DNA from: Octopus bimaculoides
Lineage: Eukaryota
DNA: 64,000 nucleotides
NCBI RefSeq assembly: GCF_001194135.2
Contig: NC_068992.1
Coordinates: forward strand, 58,175,866 to 58,239,865
Direction of reading: 5' to 3'
Positions 52,101-64,000 of the stretch are shown here, in pieces. Both the position numbers and the translations under genes were made by a program. The notes beneath the pieces are model-generated. The model was not told the origin of the DNA. It was given only the letters and a program-made list of their open reading frames with translations, and made no database searches. The stretch's first letter is position 1; each line of letters begins with the position of its first letter.

Positions 52101-53562
52101 GAGACTCCTATTCCAGCAGTGGTCCTTTTGATCATGAACTGTCTAGTTACTTAATCTACCCCCTACTCTAACCTGCTGGCTTCAGTGGTTAGCAACAAAT
52201 GGGTCAGTAAGTTCTTTTTTTCTCTTGAGGCTTCAGATTTTTTTCTAAAAGAAAATTTTATTTAATATGTATATGTGGTCCATTGCTTTTAAATAATTTT
52301 TTTGTGTCATTTAATTTTTACCTGCATAAGTAGATACAGGGGTATTTGTGTGATTAAGGAGTTTGTTTCTCAAGTCCGTGATTTCTAGTTCAGTCCCACT
52401 CCTTGGCACCTTGGGCAAGTGTTTTCTACTGTAGCCTCAGGCCAATCAAAGTTTTGTGAGAGAATTTGGTAGATGGAAGATGAAAAAAAAAACCATTGTG
52501 AGTGTGTGCTTGTTTGGGTCTCCTTGTTATGTCTTCATATAATTGTTGTAAATGTATGACATTTATTTCCAATATTCTCCGAAATTGTGTCTGGCCGTGG
52601 GAAAATATTATCCTGTTTCAGGACAGGTAAGGGTTGGTGACAGGAAGAGCATCAAGCTGTACAAAATCTGCCTCGATAATAAACTCCATGTGACCCATGT
52701 GAACATAGGAAAGTGGAGGTTAAAACAATGACAATGTGTTGTCAGTGATGGAAATTGAGAGGTTATTAACATCATTATCGTTTAACACCTGCTTTTTGTG
52801 CTGGTATGGGTTGGACAGTTTGCTAGCAGCTGGTAAGGCTGGGAACTGTATCGGGCTCCATTATTTGTTCTACAGCTGGATGCCCTTCCTAATGCCAACC
52901 ACTTTACAGAGTATACTGGGTGCTTTTTATATGCAAAGATTCTTTTTTTTTTTATGTATATCTGCAAGATATGATATACATGTGAGTCATTTGGAAATGT
53001 AAAATAAAAAACACGAGAAAAAAAAAAAATCAAAAGTGGTCCATCACAAGAAGTTGTTGATCCACTGATTATTCCTTCTTTCTTTTTCTGTTATACTTGA
53101 TTTCATTCAATTACCATCAGCAGCAAAGGTAGAAAACCTTGACTGGAGTCACAACACCGTCCTCATTAGCTCCACACTTGTTCACCCTCGAGTAGCAAGG
53201 CCGGTGCTCTTATCTGTTTTGCTAACTTAATTGCTCCAAACTAATGTACACGGTTACACACATGCACATGTAAATCGCACATACATCATACTATATTTAT
53301 TGACAAAGTAGACAGTTGTATCCTTATCTTTTGCTACGTAACCAAGGTGATGTCTGAATCAATTTTTCTATTGACTGTTCAGAAACACTGAATCAATATC
53401 TTGGATAGTAAACAACACACACAATATTGCTTATTTCTAATAGTTTTTTTTTTCTTTCTAGTTTTTCCTCTCTTTTTTTTTTTTTGCATTTTGTTTCTTC
53501 TTATTCTTTTACAGTTGGATTAAATTCCCATGTCAGCTCAGTAGTAATTGTAATAGTAGTAG

Positions 53563-53596
<34 letters not shown>

Positions 53597-53759
53597 GGTA
53601 ATGCTAATGATGATAGTGATGATAATTGGTAATCTGTTGGATTAACTTAAAATGTCATAGTTTTTCTCCTTATTAGGGACATTATGTTTCTCTTTTAGTG
53701 CTAATCAATCATTCCATTGACAGATTACAGCCTACTTAAAGAACTTTTGTCTTTTCTTT

Positions 53760-54153
53760 TGATGTATGTTTGCTTTGTGTGTGTGTGTGTAAGCATGTAT
53801 ACTTGTTCTTGTATGGGTACTTGTGTGTGTGTGTGTGTGTGTGTGTTTGTGTATGAAGATAATTGTATCTGTCTGAGCATTTCTTACTTGCATCCTAATA
53901 TACTGCTGTGTGTGTGTCCTTGTATGTGTATGCCTGTGTTTAAGCATGTGTGTGTATGTGCCTGTCCTTGTATGTTTGTGCTTGAGCATATGTTCATCTG
54001 TATGAAGATGTGTGTATTTGGATGAGCATGTGTACCTGCGTTCAAGCATAATGCTGTGTGTGTGTGTATGTGTGTGTGTCTTTGTCAGAGCATCTCCCTG
54101 TATCTGTATGTGCTTGTGTCCGAGTGTTTTTCCCTGTATCCGTGCGTCTTATT

Positions 54154-54184
<31 letters not shown>

Positions 54185-54301
54185 CCACATGTGCTGGTAT
54201 CTGTGTTTGTGTCCGTCAGTATGTATTCCTTTGTTATTGTGTGTGCTGGTGTTTTCTCCTTGCATGTGTGTGTATGTGTGTGTGTGACCCAGCGTCCCTG
54301 T

Positions 54302-54340
<39 letters not shown>

Positions 54341-54480
54341 ATTCTGGTGTGTATCTATGCTTGTGTGTGTTTGTGTGTTAATGTGATTGAGTGTGCCTGT
54401 GTCTAAGCATTAATAATTGTGTACGTGTGTAAACGTGTGTGTGTGTGTGTGCCTAGCTTTGCCTGAGTGTGTATACATGC
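53760..54480. repeat. Degenerate (GT)n-rich low-complexity tract
   Basis: Directly visible; it produces the C/V-rich and H/T-rich pseudo-ORFs. Confidence 0.9.
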
Positions 54481-54544
54481 ATGTGTTAGGTTGACCAACC
54501 AAACAGTATGCACTTTCATTTCTTGTTTCCTTTTTCTCCTGCAG

Positions 54545-54588
54545 ACCACGTACCCCTTCGTAATCCACAATTGGCTGACTTAATTCTG
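54545..54588 (+). other. Candidate 44-nt internal 5'-UTR exon of the TRIM gene
   Basis: Long pyrimidine tract ending ctcctgcag (54544) and donor CTG|GTAAGA (54589). An in-frame TGA at 54576-54578 relative to the downstream ATG makes it non-coding. Confidence 0.5.
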
Positions 54589-55920
54589 GTAAGATGTGAG
54601 GCTGGCTGTTAGAGTTTCCATAGTCAAATGCTACTCATAATGAATGATTGATTGATTTGTTATTATTACAATTATTATTATTTTCTAGTGATCTTAGCTG
54701 TTTACTTAATTCACCTCATATCTTTTTTTTTTTTTTTTTTTTTTTTGACTTCTTTGAATAACCTCACAAGAATCCTGACCATGCACATGTGACAGATATC
54801 ACCTTGTTGCATGCCTCTTTCAGAGCACATTTATGAATGATGCTAGAGATTTCATTAGCTACCTCTTGGTTTTTTGTTTTTTTTCTACATATCTAAAAAT
54901 TATTTTTTTCATTTCCCCACCCCTAAATATGCATGCAAATCCTTTAATATTTTTTCGAGAATAAACTTCCACCGAATATTTTCCTGCTTTGTTTTTATAT
55001 AGAACCTTGTTTTTAGAAATATTTTATTTTGTGATGTGTTTTTGTAGTCACTCATTTACTAGTTTACTCAAATTAGACAATTTTTCTTTCTTTTGTTTTT
55101 TTTTTTTCAAATTTTTTCTTTTATTTTAATTCTAAAAATAATTTCAATAATTCTTCGTTTCAGCTGAAAAGCGAGAGGTTTTTGATGTAACAGTCAAGGT
55201 TCTCTACTAGAGGAACACAATATTTTCTTATGTCTGCTATAGTTGTCTCCCTTGCCCCAAGTCAGCAATTTAATCACAAACACACTCAAGACGCACTTGT
55301 CACGTGTCTCATTTACAAACTCGGATAAAATTTGCTGTCTTTGTGAAATCTATTTGCGAAAATAATATATAATCTTAAAAACTAATTTTCATTAATTAGC
55401 GAAAATTACATTTGAAATATAACTTATTACCCAATTGTTAAATTACAGCAGGAAATTGGGCACTATCACGCTATTAGATGTCAGAAGTGAAAGTAGTCGC
55501 TGTCTGTCTGCCTGTCTGCATGCATGCCTGTTGCTGGTCTGTCAGCCTGCTTGCCTGTCTGCCTGCATGCCTGCTGCTGGCCTGTCTGCCTGCTTGCCTG
55601 CTGAGCTATCTGTGTGTCCGTCTGTCTGTCTGTCTGCTGGTTTGAGTTGATACTTTGGCTTACTTACTGATATCTATCTACTATGTATCTATCTATCAAT
55701 TATTAGAAAACACAAATTTAATATAAAAACATATTTCCTGAAATTGCAAATTATTTAAAATATAAAAANNNNNNNNNNNNNNNNNNNNNNNNNNNNNNNN
55801 NNNNNNNNNNNNNNNNNNNNNNNNNNNNNNNNNNNNNNNNNNNNNNNNNNNNNNNNNNNNNNNNNNNNNNNNNNNNNNNNNNNNNNNNNNNNNNNNNNNN
55901 NNNNNNNNNNNNNNNNNNNN

Positions 55921-56834
55921 TTCTAAGGTGAATCCTACGAAAAATGTGTCCATTACTGTATAATTAACTACAGCTCACGTGAAAGATATTGGCTTATAAT
56001 TTCCTTGTTGGTTTGAGAAAAGTGAAATTTCACGTTTGAGATGATCATTGTCAGTTTTTAGTACAGTGAACTGAAGACCGCAGACCATACTTCGATCTGA
56101 GTGGCACACCTAATTTCGTGGGGGGGGGGAGGGGGAAATAACGCTTAAAATTTTTGGCATATTCACACAATTCCATTCACTCCGACTTTATTTGCTAATA
56201 ACTTTCATAAAAATGAGTTAATTTTTTTCAATGAAATTTTATACAAATACCTTTTAGGTGGTGTAGATTACGATTATATCACAGTTTGTTGTGGAAAAAT
56301 AAAAATAAAAAACCTTGAGGGCCAGTCTCACATACATAGTGACACATGACAAAATGAAAACTTGTAATTTAAAAAAAAATTGTGTTGATTTTCAGTATCT
56401 ATGTGTCCACCCACCAGTTACTTAGTTTCTACACATCAAATTCCAACATAATCGTAAGTTACGAAATTTGAAAGGTATTTGGAGAATATTTCATTAAAAA
56501 ATACTCTTTCTTTTGAAAGTTATGAAGAAACAAAGTCAACTCAGGTGTATTATTTGAAACTCCTCTCCAACCCCTCTGAAAATTTTTTTACAGTAAATTC
56601 TAATATAATCAGAATCTATATCATTTGAAAGGTATTTGTAGAAAATTTCATTTAAAAATGTCCCTGCTTCTGAAAGTTAGGAAACAAATTCAGGGTGGGA
56701 GGCACACTTGCGTAGATATGCTAAATTTTTTGTAGTGTGGCCTGCCTAATGATGAACCTTGTTTCATGTGGCCTGCCTAATGATGAACCTTGTTTCATGT
56801 GGCCTGCTTTCTTGAGAAAGGTTGCCCTCGCCTG
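55921..56834. mobile_element. Non-autonomous DNA-transposon-like sequence, hAT-like right end
   Basis: Ends gtggcctgc...aaaggttgccctcgcctg, the reverse complement of a CAGG..GGCAACCTTT hAT-MITE-type terminus. Carries internal duplications. The left end is probably lost in the N gap. Confidence 0.4.
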
Positions 56835-57289
56835 TTCTAGAATGTGTACAAGTCACCCAGGCAGCTGTAGAGAAATAATCACTTCAAACAAAACCACTTG
56901 AAAAACCCATTGTTTTAGTTCACCAACATCTGAATAATTTCTGTTGAAAATATATACACCTTATCTTTCAATTCTGTTTCTTGTCTCACTTGCAAAATTT
57001 AGATAAATCTTTTACGATCACATTGTTTATTTATTCTTTTGAGTTATTCTGGGAGTATCTTGTTGATTTGTGTATCTTTTTGTGTGTCTTAGTTTTCTTA
57101 GTGCTAATATAGAATTTAGGAAGATTTTGTCACTTTTTCTTTCTAATTTTGCTCACCCAAGTCACCTTTTTATCCAGCTGCTGTCTTTAGTTATTACATT
57201 TTAATTTATGTGTTTTATTTATTTCACTTCAATTTTTGTTTTGTTTTCTATAATTTCTTTTAATGATTTATGTTTTTTTTTTTAATAGT

Positions 57290-57655
57290 CAGAGGCATGT
57301 CTGTGGTTTGCTTCGCAACCACATGGTTTGGAGTTCAGTCCCACTACATGGCACCTCAGGCAAATGTCTACTATAGCCCTTACCTGGCCAATGCCTTGTG
57401 AGTGAATTTGGTAGAGAGAAACTATGTGGAAACCTGCTCTGTGTGTGTGTGTGTGTGTGTGTCCCACTGCTACTTGACAACTAGTATTGGTCTCTTTTGC
57501 CAAACCTCTAAGTTACAGGAATGTAAGTAAGCCAATAGAATATGTTCCAAACTTTAAAATAAGTACTTGCTGTGATTTCTTTTAACTAAAGTGTTCAAGG
57601 CAGTGCCCCAGCATGGATGCAGTCCAATGACTGAAACAAGTAAAAGATAGAAGAT
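57290..57655 (+). mobile_element. Diverged CORE-type SINE copy
   Basis: Same family motifs, ending gactgaaacaagtaaaag. Confidence 0.7.
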
Positions 57656-57759
57656 AAGTAAATTGCTATGTATCTGTGTATAGGATGTTAGCTCCATGGT
57701 AAGCTGTTGAATCTGAGATTTGATTTTGAAACTCTCAAGCGTTGAAGCCTTCTCAAACC

Positions 57760-58110
57760 ATTTACAGGTGTTAAGGTAATGTTATTCGACAAAGTGCTTA
57801 GCTTGGAGGTTAGGGAGTCTCTCCAGATTGAGTCACTACTTCTCTGCATTGAGAGGTCACAGTTCCAGTATTGCGGGCTGGTGATAAGAATGTCAGAGGA
57901 AAGGATTATAAGATGGATCTTTCAAGCCATGTCAACCGGTAAGAAACCTAGGGTAGACTAGGAATGGATAATATCTGTAATCACAGTTAGTCATGCTCAG
58001 GAATCCAGCTGGAAAGTCTGATGACTGTTGCTCCTGATATGACCCTATGGAGGAGGTGCCTGAGAACTCCATCCTCATGAAACTCTCAGGAATAGTGGGC
58101 AGAGAAAATG
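57760..58110 (+). mobile_element. 3' fragment of an RTE (Expander/Rex3-like) LINE
   Basis: LFDKVLSLEVRESLQIESLLLCIERSQFQYCGLVIRMSEERIIRWIFQAMSTGKKPR resembles the Rex3/Expander stretch VRSS.IRE.L.VEPLLL.IERSQLRW.GH..RM...R.P...F.A.PTG.RPRG. Confidence 0.75.
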
Positions 58111-58609
58111 AACTCTGTGTACAGTTGAAATATGAATGTTTGTCTGATGTGGTGTCACAATGAACCAAATCTTTCTTTAATCCTTTAGTCTTCAAATTGC
58201 TCTGTCAAATGTAATACTTACTTATTTATTCACGTTGTTTTGAATTAATCTTGCATTATCCTGTAGCTTTGCAATTTGGATGATCTGAATGTTATTTGTA
58301 GAATGTCATTGTAGGATGGGTGTGAGAGGCTGGATCTGGCCTGTTTGAACTTAAAATAGGTAGAAAATGTTGACCAAATATGGCCGGTTTACATGCTAAA
58401 GGGTTAATGCTAGCTTTTGATATTACAATAGAGAAATGGTCACCATGGCTTAAGTTACTTGGGTGCAAAATAATCCAGTTTTCTTTCTGGTGGTTTGCTT
58501 GATGTATAACTACACTATACAAACCTACAATGGAGCCTTTATGTGATCATTCACCATGCTAGAAGTAACAGCCAGTCTTTCTCTCAGATCATACCTTACA
58601 GTCTTAAGG

Positions 58610-58905
58610 AAGCATCATATGGTTTCAGGTTCAATCCCACTGTATGACTCATTGAGCAAGTGTCTTCCACTATAGCCCAAGACCGACCAGTGTCTTGGGG
58701 AATTTGGTAGATGGAGTTTGTGTGAGAGTGTGTTTACACACACACACACCTTTGTGTTGGTTTGCTTTTGTGCCTGTAACTTAGCAGTTTGACAAAAGAT
58801 TCCAATAGACTAAGTATGAAGCTTAAAAAGTAAGTCGATTTCTTTGACTAAAACCTTTTAAGGTGGTGCCCCAGCATAGCCAACGGCTAAAACAAGTAAA
58901 AGAAA
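58610..58905 (+). mobile_element. Diverged CORE-type SINE copy
   Basis: Same family motifs. Confidence 0.7.
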
Positions 58906-61098
58906 AAAGACAAGTGATGTTTGCAGCATTGAGTTATGGACAATGTATCACATACAAATGTGTTAAATTAATCTTTCAGATCTCTTGTTTAGTGTCTGTG
59001 CCATAACATTGAATAGTCTCCGGTAATGTTTGATTAGATAACCACAACATGTATATTATCAATAGTGACCAGGCCATGGGTTTACAGTAGTACTTGTTTC
59101 AGCCTGAGATCAGTAGCCATGCTGGGGCACCACTCTTATAGCTCCAGAGAATTCTGGATAAATACTTCAATAAGATCGATGGTAGGGACCCAAAATCATA
59201 AAACATCAATCAAGTAGTTAACACATACAACTGTCTACATCTGATTTAATCTCCTTCACTGTAAAAACCTTAATCTTTAATCTCCCTAGCAAAATCATTT
59301 TTATAAACTGAGTTTACTAAAATCGGAAAGAAACTTCACAGATGTATACATGCATATGCTCTCTATCTCTCTCTCTTGCACACACACACACACACACTTT
59401 CTTTTGTTCCTTCTAGCTATTTTTCCATCATTGTGATGGTTGATGTTACCATATTTTCTCCTCTCTGCAACCTTTCTTGAATTCATCTCTATGAAATGTA
59501 ATCGCATTTGGTTTGAGAACCTTAAAAATAATGTATTGTATTGTCATTAATTTCCATCACTGGTGCTGTCTGGCAGCAGCAGAAGTGATTCCTACAATGT
59601 CTTGTAATTCTTGCAAATGTTTTCCATGTTCTGCTATTATTATATTGTCACTTTGATTAAATTAAATATGACATTCTGAAGTTTGAAGACCCTTAATTTT
59701 TAAGATTTACCAAAACTCAGAGCATTTAAAGTGGGTAAATATAATTCCATGTCTTAAGTGAATTTATCATTATTATTATTATTACAGCTAACCACCTACA
59801 CTTTTTTCTGCAAAATAGGGGTAGTTTATCCTGTTCAGGCTATATTATTAGCATTATCCTGCGATTGAAAATTTAAAAATCACTTCTTTAACTTTCTAAG
59901 ACATCTCAATGCTTCTAAAAGCAAACGTCGTTTGTTTGTTTACGTTTATCGTAATTTGAATTTATTATTATTATTATTATTATTTAGCACGTTAAATAAA
60001 ATGCATATTGGCAATTCTCCCATCTTTACATTATGAGTTCAACTTCCACTGAGGCTGATTTTGCCTTTCATCCTTTCGGGGTCAATTAAATAAACACCAG
60101 ATGAGTACTGGGATTGATATTATCGACTAGCCCCTTCCCACAAAATTCCAGGCCTTGTACCTATAGTGGAGTGCAGTTGTGGCCAGTGCCCCCTGACTGG
60201 CTCCCGTTCTGTGGCATGTAAAATGCATCATCCGAATGTGGTTGATGTCAGGTCCACCTGACTGGCTCCTGTGGCACATAAAAAGCACCATCTGAACATG
60301 GCTGATGCTAGTTCCTCCTGACTGGCTCCCATGCTGGTGGCACATAAAAAACACTATCTGAATGTGATCAATGCCAGACCTACCTGACTGACTCCTGTGC
60401 CAGTGGCATGTAAAAAGCACCCACTTCACTCTTGGAGTGGTTGGCATTTGGAAGGGCATCCAGCTGTAGAAACATTGCCAGATCAGATTGGAACCTGGTG
60501 CAGCCGCTGGCTCTCCAGACATTAGTCAAACCATCTGATGATGATTTTGTGCAGAATTTCTGTTACTGAGAAATTTATTAGTAGGCAGTTTAAATGTTGA
60601 TTTAATGTGTTAAGATTAACTAAACAACAGGTAAAGTAATTATAAATTAACACAGTAATAATTGTATAAAAATGCTTGATTGTGCTGGATGTGGGCATTT
60701 TGTTTATTTTCCTACATTGAAATGTAATGATGTGTTTGTATAGACAATTACATACTATGTGTTATATTTTTTTTATTGCCCACAAGGGGCCAACACAGAG
60801 GGGAATACATATGATGTGTGTGTATGTATGTAACATATTTTGTTTAGGCATTGTGATACTAATAATTTGGTGTAGAGCTCGATATACAATGCTTCAGAAT
60901 GAAGTGTTAGTCAAGTACAGAGTGGTAATAAAAAAATGAAATGACAAAGAAATAAACAATTATCGTATGAACTTCATTAGCTTACAGCTGTTTCTGCTAC
61001 AAGATGCATTGGACTCATAGTTGAGTGCCTAACTAACAACTTAGAGCTTCTTCAGAGCACCTCAAATATGAAGTGCAGTGTGTGTGTGTGTGTGTGTG

Positions 61099-61133
<35 letters not shown>

Positions 61134-61293
61134 GCAGGAGTGGCTGTGTGGTAAGTAGCTTGCTTACCAACCATCTGGTTCCGGGTTCATTCCCACTGCG
61201 TGGCACCTTAGGCAAGTGTCTTCTACTATAGCCTCGGGCCGACCAAAGCCTTGTGAGTGAATTTGGTAGACGGAAACTGAAAGAAGCCCGTCG

Positions 61294-61295
<2 letters not shown>
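61134..61295 (+). mobile_element. Young 5' half of a CORE-type SINE
   Basis: gcaggagtggctgtgtggtaagtagcttgc...gaagcccgtcgtatat, nearly identical to the 34.7-35.1 kb copy. Confidence 0.85.
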
Positions 61296-61325
<30 letters not shown>

Positions 61326-62771
61326 AATGAAAAAATATGATAAACACATAAATTCACTTCATACCACTCGTTCTTTATGCATGTTTTTGCCATTGTGGCT
61401 ATTTGCACCCTGTCCATTGGGTGTTCATAATGCATTTGGATTTAGATCCACAATGGCTCCTCAGGGGAAAACTTTATTATGCAACACAGAACGAAAGCCT
61501 AGCAGGAACTACTATATAACAATGATTGATGATGATGATATATTCATTGACAGTGGTGAAAAATGTTAGAGGTATTAGGACATACTGAACCTTATGTGGA
61601 GCACATACATACATTCGCATAAATAAACTGTCTCCTTTGTCCCCTAGAAATACAAACAGCTAACATAAACTCATGATGGGGCTTCTATATGGATCTTCAG
61701 CTTGCTTGATATAGCAGCCAAATCTCACTCTAATGAAATCTGACCATCTTAAGCCTTTTATTGGGAAATTAAATTTCATTGTTATTCCTGCAATGATGTT
61801 GAATATCTATCTACCAAGCAATGGAATTGATAATTTTCATAAGTCTCGTTGCTGATAAGCATGACATATCTCAGCAGAAAATAGTTTCAAACATGACATT
61901 CCTCACCAAAAGATAGATTGACTCATTAAACTTCTTGCTGCAGTTAAGGATAATGAAATTTTGAGTGGATATATCTGATTTCCACAGTAAAGGGTTACTG
62001 TGTTGGATACGTGTCTGAGTGAAAGATAGGATGGCCCTGGCTGGAATGCTTTTCACCCTAGGGAATAACAACAACAATAGGGGCCAATGAGGAAGTCTCT
62101 GTTGGCATAGAATTACTTCAATTTTTATTAGCCAATTGTGTTTGCAACTAAGACAGGAGGGTGAGGTCATTTTAACTTGTCATTCTGTTACATTAAAAAA
62201 CTCAAAACTACATGGGAGAATTGTTAGTAACATAACTATCTTATGTAGAATCCACCCTTTCGTGCTGGAAGGTTAATCATGGCCATTATAATTGTAAAAC
62301 AAAATGTGATACAAAATTTTACACAGAGATAACTTTCTTTAACTACGGATTAACACCATGAAGGATTTTTGACCCGGATGCTCATTTAGCTAGAAACAGC
62401 ACTCAAATCTTCTTCAGCTCACATATTAGCAAATGAAACATATGTAATGATGCATAATAATACCTAAAATTCGTTTTCAATATTCTGTTTTGATATATAT
62501 ATATATATATATATGTTGTTGTACTTGGGGATGGTCATATTGCCAGTTTATATATATATATGTATGACAGAAATTTAGAATGATTATGACTTCTAATTGA
62601 CTGATTTGGTCAGACTTGAAAGTCACAGTCACTCTGTATAAGATATTTTGACACTACATCTGTATTGAGTTCTCTTTTCAGTGAATGTTACTTACTGTTT
62701 TTAATCTTCTTTAAAAGCTCAAATATTGATGATGATTACACACACACACACATTCACGTGTGTCTGTGAAT

Positions 62772-62810
<39 letters not shown>

Positions 62811-62822
62811 CATACATACACA

Positions 62823-63057
62823 TAGGGTTGCCCAAATGTAGGTTTACAGTTATCACGTAGGTACTTTAAATTTCTTATAAAACATTTTATTACATTTAAA
62901 TTTCTATCTTACAAACTGAAAAGGGAGCTTGACAAAATTAACTAAATTAGCATAGAATAATGGTTTCATATTATTTTATAATTAAGATCTAAACTGTTAA
63001 TATATGAATTCGAAAGAGATAATTGAATAATTGTAAACCTACTTTTGGACCATCCTG
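62823..63057. mobile_element. Tc1/mariner-type MITE (~235 bp)
   Basis: Terminal inverted repeats of ~30 bp: tagggttgcccaaatgtaggtttacagtta (62823-62852) vs taattgtaaacctacttttggaccatcctg (63028-63057). AT-rich non-coding interior; inserted in TA-rich sequence. Confidence 0.7.
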
Positions 63058-63648
63058 TGTATATATAATGCTTGTGTATTTGTGCAATTTTCTTTGCTCA
63101 TTTTGTTATATAAAATGGAAAAAATATTATCTGTTGTTGAATCTTGTCAGATATGTTATAAAACAGCAAATTTGATGATTATTGTATATCTATAAATTGC
63201 AGTTTGATAATTTAAAAATGCTATTGACTTTCCAGGTTTTGGATTTTAAATGTAATCTTGTGTGGTATATATTGCTTTAAATGCACCTCTTTCTGTGTTT
63301 GTAGTATTACGTAGAATTGGTTAATATAGGTTTAGCTATTTGATTTCTGTTTCAATCTTCCTCCATTTGTCTGACAGTGAAAAAGTAACAACAGAGAAAA
63401 CAGGTTTGTTAAAAAAAAAAAAAGAGCCCCTTATTGTACCATCTTGAAAGTGTTGAGTAGTTTCAAAGAGATACTGTATCATAAATGCCCTCAAACAAAA
63501 ACTAGAATTGAAAATCCTGTAACTTGGTACCAGATGTTTTTTTTTTTTTTAAGAAAACTATAAATTTTGTTTAGCTTTTCATGTAATTAAGAAATCATTA
63601 ACTATTAATATTTATGTTTTCTTACCTTTTTTTTTGTTTGTTCCAGGT

Positions 63649-64000
63649 ATGATGTCATCTACCCTGGTGGAGACTGTTTCAATCAACTATGAAGACTTCA
63701 ACGATAGTTTTCTGACATGTGGAACATGTCTCTGCATTTACGACAGCGCCGAGCATTCTCCTAAGCTGCTGCCTTGCTCGCACACAGTATGCAAGAGTTG
63801 CTTGGTGAGCATTGTTGAAGCCCAAGTCCACGACACCGGAACATTTCGTTGTCCAATCTGCCGAGAAACCATCAACATCCCACGAGGTGGGGTGACTTCT
63901 TTTCCACCCAGTTTTATCGTCAACCAACTTTTGGATCTAATGTCTCAGCAGCGCCGAGATGTCATCCCAAAATGTTCCAATCATCCCTCCCAAGAGTTGT
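63649..64000 (+). CDS. First coding exon (3' end beyond window) of a tripartite-motif RING/B-box E3 ubiquitin ligase (invertebrate TRIM, of the kind usually annotated TRIM2/3-like)
   Basis: Manual translation: MMSSTLVETVSINYEDFNDSFLTCGTCLCIYDSAEHSPKLLPCSHTVCKSCLVSIVEAQVHDTGTFRCPICRETINIPRGGVTSFPPSFIVNQLLDLMSQQRRDVIPKCSNHPSQEL. It has C3HC4 RING spacing (C24-x2-C27, C43-x-H45-x2-C48-x2-C51, C68-x2-C71), a TRIM-type post-RING linker and the start of a B-box (C109-x2-H112). A strong acceptor (poly-T...ttccag, ending 63646) precedes it, so the exon starts at 63647. Confidence 0.93.
   Translation, partial: MMSSTLVETVSINYEDFNDSFLTCGTCLCIYDSAEHSPKLLPCSHTVCKSCLVSIVEAQVHDTGTFRCPICRETINIPRGGVTSFPPSFIVNQLLDLMSQQRRDVIPKCSNHPSQEL

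Noticed and set aside
63679-63927. Minus-strand ORFs of 82 and 61 aa
   Set aside because: Antisense shadows of the + strand RING exon.

Overview
AT-rich, microsatellite- and SINE-dense eukaryotic genomic DNA from a draft assembly with five N gaps. The tRNA-derived SINE families look like those of octopus (coleoid cephalopod); this is an inference from sequence recognition, not a database search. The only securely identifiable coding sequence is at the very end (63649-64000, +). It is the first coding exon of a TRIM-type RING(C3HC4)/B-box protein, and the ORF track misses it because it runs off the window. Its probable non-coding 5' exons lie at ~24.96-25.60 kb and 54545-54588, giving ~38 kb of 5'-UTR introns. 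A CpG-enriched, possibly bidirectional promoter sits at ~24.4-25.0 kb, and a candidate divergent spliced transcript runs on the minus strand. A likely terminal coding exon of an upstream + strand gene, preceded by a 13-nt microexon candidate, lies at 6.55-6.90 kb. The rest is mostly repeat: four SINE families, decayed RTE, jockey/CR1-like and R4/Dong-like LINE fragments, MITEs, minisatellites and old local duplications. Almost all ORFs in the supplied track are repeat or microsatellite read-throughs. No CRISPR array, rRNA or genuine tRNA gene is supported. Most interesting observations: a Dong/R4-like endonuclease fragment inside a (TAA)n tract; a 279-bp structured element with 32-bp terminal direct repeats and hammerhead-like half motifs; a recursive-splice-site signature at the RING exon; and a decayed HDV-ribozyme-like RTE 5' end. 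Repeat boundaries are approximate and read by eye.
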